Assembly: GCA_964619625.1 (NCBI GenBank)
Contig: CAZUFD010000003.1
Span: forward strand, 30,282 to 94,281
Direction: 5' to 3'
DNA length: 64,000 nucleotides
Source: an uncultured Gammaproteobacteria bacterium
GTDB taxonomy: Bacteria > Patescibacteriota > Patescibacteriia > Magasanikbacterales > GWA2-37-8
Shown here piece by piece: positions 9,744 through 17,505 of this stretch. The position numbers and the translations under genes are program-made. The notes under the pieces were generated by a model that worked only from the letters and a program-made list of their open reading frames with translations, made no database searches and was not told the origin of the DNA. The stretch's first letter is position 1. Each line of letters begins with the position of its first letter.

Positions 9744-10097
9744 ATGAAATGGAAAAAGGTTGATCGGGTAAATAAAGGGATTACCATAACCGGAAATCAT
9801 GGTGTCCCGCCAACAAGATGGTGGAACCACTGGTGGCTTGCACTCTTCGGCTGGAAGACAATTGTCACGTTCCGTCTTCCTGACGAGGTAGTAGCAAGCG
9901 GGTACCATGTGGGCTTCACGGCCAAAGACGGCAAGTCATGGTGCAAGCGCGCAGTCGCGCACGATAAGTTCTTTAGCATGAAAATCGGGTACGAGGATTG
10001 CAAGTTCTGGGTCAAAACAGCCCGCAATCCCGAACAGCCCGATACGGGTGGCGCAGTGATTTTGCCCGAGCTCATCAGCAGAGGGCCTCTTCACTAA
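9744..10097 (+). CDS. Hypothetical protein (GC-richer ORFan)
   Basis: GAGGAG SD before ATG 9744, directly after the preceding ORF. Confidence 0.65.
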   Translation: MKWKKVDRVNKGITITGNHGVPPTRWWNHWWLALFGWKTIVTFRLPDEVVASGYHVGFTAKDGKSWCKRAVAHDKFFSMKIGYEDCKFWVKTARNPEQPDTGGAVILPELISRGPLH

Positions 10098-10164
10098 GAT
10101 GCGGCCATCTTTTCCAAGACGTACCCGCCGCAAGGCGTTTTGGAAATAAAAAACTTGCGGTTTG

Positions 10165-10200
10165 AACAAAAATAACCTTCTCATGAAGGTTATTTTTGTT
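10165..10200 (+). terminator. Rho-independent terminator
   Basis: AACAAAAATAACCTTC-TCAT-GAAGGTTATTTTTGTT is a perfect inverted repeat. Confidence 0.75.
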
Positions 10201-10261
10201 TTCCACCACACTATTCATTTTAGTTCTTATACTTAAACATAGATTGTGGTATAATAAATTT

Positions 10262-10438
10262 ATGTCAAAGCTAATTAGACGAAAAAGAGGAGATACAAAA
10301 ATAGGCACCATTGAAAAGATATATGGAAGGGATTTTGGTACGCGTTCAGATGCTAAGTTAGGAAATTTCTTAGAAAAAAATGGCTATGATTCATTAAGCG
10401 AGCTTTTAAGAAAAGATGACAAAAAAAGATCTAGATAA
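10262..10438 (+). CDS. Small basic 58-aa protein (RKRGDT...YGRDFGTRSDAKLG)
   Basis: TGGTATAAT immediately upstream of ATG 10262. Overlaps the next gene. Confidence 0.7.
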   Translation: MSKLIRRKRGDTKIGTIEKIYGRDFGTRSDAKLGNFLEKNGYDSLSELLRKDDKKRSR

Positions 10439-11042
10439 TTTAATAAATGACGTACCAGCCCTCGAACATCTCGCTGGGCGTTTTTTATTTATAAAGGATG
10501 AAGAATTAAGACAGAATATTACCATTGCATTCCAATATATTATATTTTTAATTGCTGTTGAGGGTCAAATTACGTGGCCAGGACCAATTATATATTCTAT
10601 TTTTAAGGATATTATGGTTTACACCGGAAGCATTGTTGAGTCTTGTTTGAGGTATTGCATTAAAGAATATTTTAAGGCAGGTAAGATAGATCCTAAGGAT
10701 GTGATGATTGCAGAATGGAAAATAAATAAACACTTTCAAATTTATAAAATAGACGATAACACAGAGGTGTGTTCTTTGGTGAGGCATAAAAAATTTGAAG
10801 ATTTTGGTGATGAAACACGCTTTAAAGATATAAATAAAATTGCACAAAAAGTTGGAATTTTAACAAAAGAATTATTTGAAAAAGCTGACAGGATTAGAAT
10901 TGATAGGAATAAAGTGCATGTAGTTGCTACTGGAGAAACCCATGATTATTTTACAAAAGAAAATACACAAGCGACTTTTAAATCTGCAAAAGAGATAATA
11001 CAAAGAGTAGAGGAAAAATTATTAGAACTTAATAATAAATAA
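10416..11042 (+). CDS. Hypothetical AT-rich protein, possible HEPN-like nuclease
   Basis: Helical protein with N-terminal GSIVE and C-terminal RIDRNKVH (R-N-x-x-H) motifs. Confidence 0.55.
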   Translation: MTKKDLDNLINDVPALEHLAGRFLFIKDEELRQNITIAFQYIIFLIAVEGQITWPGPIIYSIFKDIMVYTGSIVESCLRYCIKEYFKAGKIDPKDVMIAEWKINKHFQIYKIDDNTEVCSLVRHKKFEDFGDETRFKDINKIAQKVGILTKELFEKADRIRIDRNKVHVVATGETHDYFTKENTQATFKSAKEIIQRVEEKLLELNNK

Positions 11043-11195
11043 AAATTTTTAGTATCTAAAGTAGGGAAGTAGTAACGCTTTGACCGCTGTGGCACCCACC
11101 AGGTGCTTTTTAGTTTATTTAATTTGGCTAACCTAAGCCAAACCTACCCTTTTTGGCTAAGATTAGCCTAATTTATGAGGGTAGGGAAGTTCATT

Positions 11196-11531
11196 ACAAT
11201 TCACTTAGTGCACAGCCCCGTTGCTTGTCTATCACTATGACCTATGTTTCGTCTTATCGACTACTTTATAACTCATATGTGGTTGAGGTGTCGGAGGAAG
11301 AGGTTTGCCTTTGACAGCAGTGACCTCAATTCCTGTTCTACCACCGCGGACTCCAATCAACTCAAGTTGAGCTGAGACAGGAGCCTTTTGGCCGGGTTTG
11401 AGAGCTTTCATATAACTATTATGAAATGCGTGAAACAGGCCGACTAATCCTGCAGCTGCTTAATGCAGCAAGTGGTCAACTGCGAACAGCTGAGGAAAGG
11501 TCAAGTCGGGGCCGTGTATTAAATGAACTGT
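11196..11531 (-). ncRNA. Putative unidentified structured non-coding RNA (~336 nt)
   Basis: No ORF of 60 aa or more. A 25-position terminal stem pairs 11507-11531 with 11196-11220 (3 G-U, 2 mismatches). There is a UUCG hairpin and many internal helices. An extended -10 sits 7 nt upstream of the stem start. Confidence 0.6.
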
Positions 11532-11538
11532 AGAAGTA

Positions 11539-11547
11539 ATTATACCA
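11539..11547 (-). promoter_or_regulatory. Extended -10 promoter (TGGTATAAT) for the putative ncRNA
   Basis: The plus strand reads ATTATACCA at 11539-11547. Confidence 0.55.
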
Positions 11548-11616
11548 TTAAATGCCTAAAAGGTTTTATAAGACTGAACGGAGGCAGATTAAAGGATCGT
11601 TAAATACCGTATATAT

Positions 11617-11644
11617 ACGTCTCTTAATCTATGTTATACGACAT
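11617..11644. other. dif-like Xer recombination site ACGTCTCTTAA-TCTATG-TTATACGACAT
   Basis: 11-6-11 architecture with inner TAA/TTA and arms 7/11 symmetric. It lies near the xer gene, and gene orientation converges here. Confidence 0.65.
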
Positions 11645-11695
11645 TAAGCACAGAGGGCCCAGGGAGATAAAACCAGCCAAATAAGGCTCTCCCCC

Positions 11696-12715
11696 CTATT
11701 TCCAATATACCTTTTCGCCAAAACGAAGATCTATATATTCCTTTGGTTTTATGGTTGGTAGAATCTGCTTAAAGGTATCTATTTGCGCGTCCAGATTATT
11801 TTTTGGTTGGAAAATAATACTCCAGGATTCTTTGGTATCAATTACCATTCCGGCATTTACATCGTCTAAAACGAAGAATTTAGGCGCTGTCCTCCCCTGC
11901 TCGGCCAACTCTCGCTGCCAGGTAATGGCCGAGGTAATAAATTCAGTTGGTAAGATACCGGATTTCTTTAATTCAATTTCAAGATTTCGTCTGTCATATA
12001 TTAAGGGATATCTGCCAAATAGTTTTCGGATTTTTTCATAATTTGGCGCATGTTTAACCGAGGATGTTGTAATAATTGGTGTGGAAGTGGTGCTGGAAGT
12101 AAACGAAATGCTTAAACTAGTGGTTACAGTTTCCTTTAAAAATTCCCCGGCCTCAACATCCGTTAAATATTTGATTGCGGTTCCTTCGCTATCCAATAAG
12201 AAATATTTCTTACCATTATCATAAATAATAGAGGAAATTTTTTCCTTAACTTCTATATTTAATTCATTAGGAAATACCTTTGTAACCCGAACGCTTTCCA
12301 ATGATAATATATTATATAAATCCTTTGAAATGCTGCCTTCATCAACAAAGAAGTAGTTATTTAAAGGAAGTCTGCTTTTCTTGTTTAAATAATTTTGAAA
12401 TACGACTTGATCCAATTCTGCTCTGGTATTATTTTCCAGTCCAAAATAATTAACTTTATTAATTCTAAAGTATGGTAAATATGCCAAGCAGGCCGCCCAG
12501 GATATAAGTAAAATAAGAAGTATAATCAACTTTAGCTTGGGACTTCTCTGTTTCTGTCTTCGCTCCGCTTTAAATGGATTTGATTTATAATGTAATGACT
12601 GGTTTGGAGCGGCAACAGAGTATTGTTTTTTTCTAAAAAGGCGTAAAATTTTTTTACGCCAGCTTACGTGGGGTTTATATTTTTCAAAAGCGTGTTCAGA
12701 ACGGAAATGCTTCAT
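11696..12715 (-). CDS. ftsQ: FtsQ/DivIB-like cell division protein (TM + POTRA)
   Basis: Single TM, KVFPNELNIEVKEK POTRA end and C-terminal EYIDLRFG. Confidence 0.75.
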   Translation of the reverse strand: MKHFRSEHAFEKYKPHVSWRKKILRLFRKKQYSVAAPNQSLHYKSNPFKAERRQKQRSPKLKLIILLILLISWAACLAYLPYFRINKVNYFGLENNTRAELDQVVFQNYLNKKSRLPLNNYFFVDEGSISKDLYNILSLESVRVTKVFPNELNIEVKEKISSIIYDNGKKYFLLDSEGTAIKYLTDVEAGEFLKETVTTSLSISFTSSTTSTPIITTSSVKHAPNYEKIRKLFGRYPLIYDRRNLEIELKKSGILPTEFITSAITWQRELAEQGRTAPKFFVLDDVNAGMVIDTKESWSIIFQPKNNLDAQIDTFKQILPTIKPKEYIDLRFGEKVYWK

Positions 12716-12726
12716 GTGTGGATAAG

Positions 12727-13962
12727 TTAAAGTTTTTTGAATCCGGTATATTTACGCAAAGCCCTTGGTATGAGCACGCTACCATCCCTTTGTTGATGAT
12801 TTTCTATAAGCGCCAGAGGGAATCTGCTGGACACAATGGCCGTGCCATTTAGGGTATGCACAAATTCATTTGAACCATCTTCTTTTTTGTATTTTATATT
12901 TAATCTGCGCGCCTGGTAGTCGGTACAGTTACTAGTACTAGTAATTTCTCCGTAATCATTTTTCATGGTCATCCAGGCTTCAATATCGTACTTTCTGTAT
13001 GCCGGTCCGCCCAAATCACCGCTGGCAACATCTATCACTCTGTACGGCAAATCTAAGCCGTCAGCTATCTTTTGCTCTAGTTTTAAAAGCTCCTGGTGCA
13101 TTTTCTCGCTATCTTCCGGTTTGCAATAAATAAACATCTCTAATTTGGTGAATTGGTGTACACGGTATAAGCCTTTACTGGTTTTACCGTAAGCGCCGGC
13201 TTCGGTACGGAAACAATGAGAAATAGCCGCGTATTTTTTTGGTCCTTTGCTTAAATCAAGCACCTCGTCGGCATGGTAGCCTCCCATGGTAATTTCGGCG
13301 GTGCCGATAAGGCTAAGGTCGGTATTTTCTACGGAATATACCTGGGTTTCGGTGCCCCGTGGATTGAAACCAACACCCGAAAGTATTTCGTTTTTAGCTA
13401 AATCAGGGGTTTCTACGAGAGTAAAGCCATTTTTTTCTAATACATCCATCCCATAGTTAAGCATTGCCTGGTTTAAGCGCACCAGATTATTTTTTGCAAA
13501 ATAAAATTTGGAAGCAGCTACTTTAGCGCCTCTTTCAAAGTCTATTAAGTCTAAGCTGAGCATTAACTCATCATGGTCTTTTGGCTGGAAAGAAAATTTG
13601 GGAGGATTTCCTTCTTTGGCCACTATCCTGTAATCATCCTCCCCGCCTATCGGACTTTCCGGATGAGTAAGATTTGGAACTCGTAGTAAAAGTTCTTTGT
13701 ATTTATTTTCTGCCTCTTCGGCATTTTTTTCTAAAATTGCAATATCATCCCCCATCTTGCGCAGTCTGATAATATCATCTTCGCTTGGTTTGCCTTTTGA
13801 TTGGCTTTTTCTTTGGGACCGCAGTTCCTCTACCCCCTTTTGCGTTTCCCGCCTCTCCTCGTCTAATTTAAGCAAGGCATCTACATCTATAGACACATGA
13901 CGATTTTTACAGTTCTCTTTTATTAATTCTTTGTTTTCACGGATGAATTTTATGTCTAGCAT
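12727..13962 (-). CDS. serS: Serine--tRNA ligase
   Basis: Motifs MLDIKFIREN, GTAE, CFRTEAG, GLYRVHQFTKLE and HTLNGT. Confidence 0.97.
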   Translation of the reverse strand: MLDIKFIRENKELIKENCKNRHVSIDVDALLKLDEERRETQKGVEELRSQRKSQSKGKPSEDDIIRLRKMGDDIAILEKNAEEAENKYKELLLRVPNLTHPESPIGGEDDYRIVAKEGNPPKFSFQPKDHDELMLSLDLIDFERGAKVAASKFYFAKNNLVRLNQAMLNYGMDVLEKNGFTLVETPDLAKNEILSGVGFNPRGTETQVYSVENTDLSLIGTAEITMGGYHADEVLDLSKGPKKYAAISHCFRTEAGAYGKTSKGLYRVHQFTKLEMFIYCKPEDSEKMHQELLKLEQKIADGLDLPYRVIDVASGDLGGPAYRKYDIEAWMTMKNDYGEITSTSNCTDYQARRLNIKYKKEDGSNEFVHTLNGTAIVSSRFPLALIENHQQRDGSVLIPRALRKYTGFKKL

Positions 13963-13972
13963 ACAAGTACTT

Positions 13973-15004
13973 TTACTTTAATTTGATATATTTTAATAGA
14001 ACTTTTTTGTTGCTTTTTGATTGAATAAGTTTTTTATTCAATGGCAACATGTCTGCTTTTAAAGCTTCTGTATAAGTAAACCACCCATAATCTGAACTTT
14101 CTGAAGGCGCAAGTTTTAGCTTGCCGGATTTTATCGTACAAACACACATAAAAAGATGGACCTGATAGGCATCCTCTTTGACCAAGGTAGTAACAATATC
14201 GGGCATCTGCTGTTGTATCTGTACTTTAAAACCGGTTTCTTCCAATACTTCATTGTGCAGTGTTTGGATAAATGTTTCTCCGCCCTCTACGCCTCCGCCG
14301 GGAAATTCCCATTTATCATTAAATTCCGGACGAAAATCTCGGCGTTTAGTCATAAGCATTTTACCATCTTTCACAATAATTCCGGCGGCGCAGATAAGCT
14401 GATACGGCTGATAATTTTTCATTAAAAAATATTTTAACTGAATGGTCATCTTTCCTCTCTGACTTACGGTATTTTTTTCAAGCACCGGCATTTCCGCAAA
14501 TAATTTTTTCATTGGCGGGTAATAAAAGATAGAGGCATAGCCCATATTTTCTTGCACATGCGGAAGCATTTTTTTAGCTATAACCCCATCGGTTCTGCCT
14601 TTAAAAATAGTGAAACTATTAGTCGTTGGATTATATAAACAACCGGAAGTTTCAAAATAAGCCGCGCGCTTTTTATCTGGAACCCCCTCTAATTTTTTTA
14701 ACACCGCATTGTTTCGTTCTATGGCCGTAGCCCCTAATCGTTTTGCCTTTACTCCCGGTTCTCCGTTTAAATAATCAATAAATAATCCGGTATCTTCGGC
14801 AACGGTAAGTAAACCTGTTTTTTTAGCAAAAAACCGTGCTTTTTCCAAAGCATTTTCCCAGGTAGTAGCGTGGGGTTCATCCACCTCTATTCCATTCAGT
14901 TTAAGATCTGTAAGATTGACAAACTTAAAATGCAGGTCCGCAAGCTCAGCCGTTATTTCTTCAAACTTAGCTTTGTTCGTTGTGGCAATAAGGATTTTTT
15001 TCAT
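13973..15004 (-). CDS. Ham1/RdgB non-canonical purine NTP pyrophosphatase fused to a C-terminal Nudix hydrolase
   Basis: Ham1 motifs ATTNKAK, ENALEKA and EDTGL...GEPGV. Nudix-like box WEFPGGGVEGGE....LHNEVLEETG. Confidence 0.85.
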   Translation of the reverse strand: MKKILIATTNKAKFEEITAELADLHFKFVNLTDLKLNGIEVDEPHATTWENALEKARFFAKKTGLLTVAEDTGLFIDYLNGEPGVKAKRLGATAIERNNAVLKKLEGVPDKKRAAYFETSGCLYNPTTNSFTIFKGRTDGVIAKKMLPHVQENMGYASIFYYPPMKKLFAEMPVLEKNTVSQRGKMTIQLKYFLMKNYQPYQLICAAGIIVKDGKMLMTKRRDFRPEFNDKWEFPGGGVEGGETFIQTLHNEVLEETGFKVQIQQQMPDIVTTLVKEDAYQVHLFMCVCTIKSGKLKLAPSESSDYGWFTYTEALKADMLPLNKKLIQSKSNKKVLLKYIKLK

Positions 15005-15408
15005 ACTTCCAGTAAGGCTGCGCGTAGTTTAGAACTCTTATATATTTCCGGTTTAAATGCTTCCAGACGCACGATTTGTACGTGTTTTTTTACAATATCT
15101 TGCAGCTTGTCGGTAAAAAATTTTTGATCGTATCCGAGTACGATAATATCAGGATCTTCATCAATAATCACCTGATATTTATCTCCGGTATTTCCTAACC
15201 GTATTTTATCGGCAATGTGCAATTTTTCCAGGTTCTTTAAACGCTGTTGTTCATTAAATAGCGGTTGTTGGCCTTTTACGTGCTGCACAGTAGCGTCTCT
15301 GGCCACAATTACCGTAAGATGATCGCCTTGTTTTTTTGCTTCAGTAAGAATATAGGTGTGACCCGGGTGCAGTATATCAAATGTACCGAATGCCAAAACT
15401 TTGCGCAT
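15001..15408 (-). CDS. Cytidylyltransferase-like / FAD synthase (RibL/TagD family)
   Basis: GTFDILHPGH (HxGH), GYDQ and SS motifs. Confidence 0.8.
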   Translation of the reverse strand: MRKVLAFGTFDILHPGHTYILTEAKKQGDHLTVIVARDATVQHVKGQQPLFNEQQRLKNLEKLHIADKIRLGNTGDKYQVIIDEDPDIIVLGYDQKFFTDKLQDIVKKHVQIVRLEAFKPEIYKSSKLRAALLEV

Positions 15409-15411
15409 ACA

Positions 15412-16872
15412 TTATTTTTCCGGTTTTAAAGTTGGAAACAGGATTACCTCTTTTAGGTTTTGTACGTCCATGAGAAGTTTTATAAGCCTGTCTATACCCA
15501 TGCCAAGACCAGCCGTAGGCGGCATGCCGTGCTTAAGGGCCGTAACAAAATCCTCATCATACGGCATACTCTCCTCATCCCCCGCTTCGTGCAATCTCTC
15601 TTGTTCTTTAAATCTGGATTCTTGATCTATAGGATCATTAAGTTCTGAAAAGCCGTTACAAAGTTCATTTCCACCTACGCAAACCAATTGTAGACGTTCC
15701 ACATATCTAGGATCATCGGCTTTACGTTTAGCCAGTGGTGACAACTCCACCGGATGGTCTATCATGAAAATTGGATTAATAATTTTTGGCCGCGCAAACG
15801 TTTTATATATTTCATCCACCATTTTTCCATAACCTGTATGTGCGTCTACGCCGTCTATATTTAATTTTTTAATCTTTTTATACAAAGACGCTTGATCCGG
15901 AAATTCTTCAATATCTATATCCGCGTACTGCTTAATAAGCTCACGCATAGTTTTGCGCGGATAGGGCGGAGTAAAATCAACTTCCGTATCCTGGACCTTA
16001 AATTTAAGAGGCAAGCCGGCAGTAGTAATTACCTTTGGTAATAATTCTTCAACTAAATCCATTAAATCTTCGTAATTTGCGTAAGCCCAGTAAAACTCAA
16101 CTTGGGTAAATTCCGGATTGTGGTTGTTGTCTATGCCTTCATTTCTAAAACACTTGGCAATTTCATAGACTTTTTCAAACCCGCCAACAATCAAGCGTTT
16201 TAGATATAATTCCGGCGCAATTCGCAGATACAAAGGAATATCCAGCGCGTTGTGATGCGTGCTAAACGGCTTGGCCAGCGCCCCGCCGTATAAAGTCTGT
16301 AACACGGGGGTCTCAACTTCAAAAAATCCTTTACTGTCAAAATAATTTCTGATTTCACGAACAATAACGCTTCTTACCTTGGCAATTTTCATTGACTCTT
16401 CACTGGCAATAAGATCCAAGTATCTCTGGCGATATCTGGTTTCAATATTTTGCAAGCCGTGGAATTTTTCCGGAAGCGGTAAAAGCGTTTTGCTAAGCAG
16501 GGTATATTTTTTTACTAAAACCGTAAGCTCGCCTTTGTGGGTGATAAAAAGATCGCCTTCTATGTGTAAAAAATCTCCTACATCAAAATGCTTGATAAAA
16601 AATTTATAGGTTTCCTTGCCCAGTTCTTTTTCAGAAAAAGCAAGCTGTATGTTGCCGCTCTCATCTTTTATATGAGAAAAAGTAATTTTCCCCATTTCTC
16701 TTTTGGAAATAAGTCGGCCCGCAACTTTTACCGGGGTATTTTCCGGTTTTTGCAAAGCATCTTTTACGGAGATTCGCTCTTCGGTATGGCTGGGATATGG
16801 ATTGACGCCAAGAGCGCGAAGATGCTCCAATCGTTCCAGTCTTACTTTATCCTCCCTGATTTCGTCTGACAT
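15412..16872 (-). CDS. lysS: Lysine--tRNA ligase (class II)
   Basis: Motifs RYRQRYLDL, LRIAPELYLKRL, FRNEGID and GMPPTAGLGMGIDR. Confidence 0.97.
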   Translation of the reverse strand: MSDEIREDKVRLERLEHLRALGVNPYPSHTEERISVKDALQKPENTPVKVAGRLISKREMGKITFSHIKDESGNIQLAFSEKELGKETYKFFIKHFDVGDFLHIEGDLFITHKGELTVLVKKYTLLSKTLLPLPEKFHGLQNIETRYRQRYLDLIASEESMKIAKVRSVIVREIRNYFDSKGFFEVETPVLQTLYGGALAKPFSTHHNALDIPLYLRIAPELYLKRLIVGGFEKVYEIAKCFRNEGIDNNHNPEFTQVEFYWAYANYEDLMDLVEELLPKVITTAGLPLKFKVQDTEVDFTPPYPRKTMRELIKQYADIDIEEFPDQASLYKKIKKLNIDGVDAHTGYGKMVDEIYKTFARPKIINPIFMIDHPVELSPLAKRKADDPRYVERLQLVCVGGNELCNGFSELNDPIDQESRFKEQERLHEAGDEESMPYDEDFVTALKHGMPPTAGLGMGIDRLIKLLMDVQNLKEVILFPTLKPEK

Positions 16873-16879
16873 AACGGCA

Positions 16880-17353
16880 TTACTTAATTTCTAAAATTTC
16901 GTATATTTGTTTCCCGGCTGGGGTTACCACCGATACTTCATCCCCTACCGCACGGCCAATAAATGTCCCGCCAAGCGGAGATTCGTTAGAAATTTTTCCC
17001 TGTAACGGATCTGCCTCTTGCGGGCCAACAATTGTGTATGATTTTGTCCTATCGCCTGTTTTCACGGTAATATTGCTGCCCATTTGCACTTTTCCCCCCT
17101 GGTCTTGGCCAGCAGATTCTACAATCTCGGCATTATCTAAAATATGCTGCACATCCTGCTTTCTGCCCTGTGCCCAAGCCATTTCTTCCTTGGCTTGGTG
17201 GTATTCGGCGTTTTCCGACAAGTCGCCATGTTGTTTAGCTTCATCTATACGTACGGCAATCTCGGGGATCTTCGTATTTTTTAAATATTCAAGTTCGTTT
17301 TGCAAGTCTGCCAAGCCTTTGGGGGTAAGATACTGGGTTTTTTGATTTAACAT
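16880..17353 (-). CDS. greA: Transcription elongation factor GreA
   Basis: Motifs GDLSENAEY and ISNESPLG. Confidence 0.96.
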   Translation of the reverse strand: MLNQKTQYLTPKGLADLQNELEYLKNTKIPEIAVRIDEAKQHGDLSENAEYHQAKEEMAWAQGRKQDVQHILDNAEIVESAGQDQGGKVQMGSNITVKTGDRTKSYTIVGPQEADPLQGKISNESPLGGTFIGRAVGDEVSVVTPAGKQIYEILEIK

Positions 17354-17505
17354 ATTTTTGCTAATTTTATAGCTTTTATCTTTAATTTAGATAGAAAAAT
17401 TATAAGCAGAGCTTGAAATTGTGTGGAGTTTCAGAGATAAAAATCAATTTTTATCTCACTGACCTCTAGCGATTATAGCACAGAAGCTTGGGTTTGGTAA
17501 AGAAA

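Noticed and set aside
6686-11042. Integron (integrase plus cassette array)
   Set aside because: The recombinase looks Xer-like with no evident IntI-specific insertion. The intergenic hairpins lack shared RYYYAAC/GTTRRRY ends and the ORFs are not co-oriented.
11196-11225. GGGGCTG on the minus strand suggesting a tmRNA 5' end
   Set aside because: There is no T-arm (GGTTCGA) and no matching acceptor 3' end with CCA in a suitable position.
11230-11285. Hammerhead-like GACGAAAC...GUC on the minus strand
   Set aside because: The upstream core reads CAUAUGAG rather than CUGAUGAG, and stems I and III are weak.
11295-11320. AAAGGCAAACC resembling the start of a c-di-GMP-I riboswitch
   Set aside because: The following GNRA hairpin and GACGCAAAGC element are absent.
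11480-11510. GAGGAAAG on the plus strand suggesting RNase P RNA CR-I
   Set aside because: It is not followed by UCC, lies at the wrong end of the structured region, and no CR-V (ACAGAA..CGGCUUA) partner was found.
12717-12725. Perfect DnaA box (TTATCCACA on the minus strand) between serS and ftsQ
   Set aside because: It is a single copy with no cluster or unwinding element, and gene orientation indicates a terminus rather than an origin.
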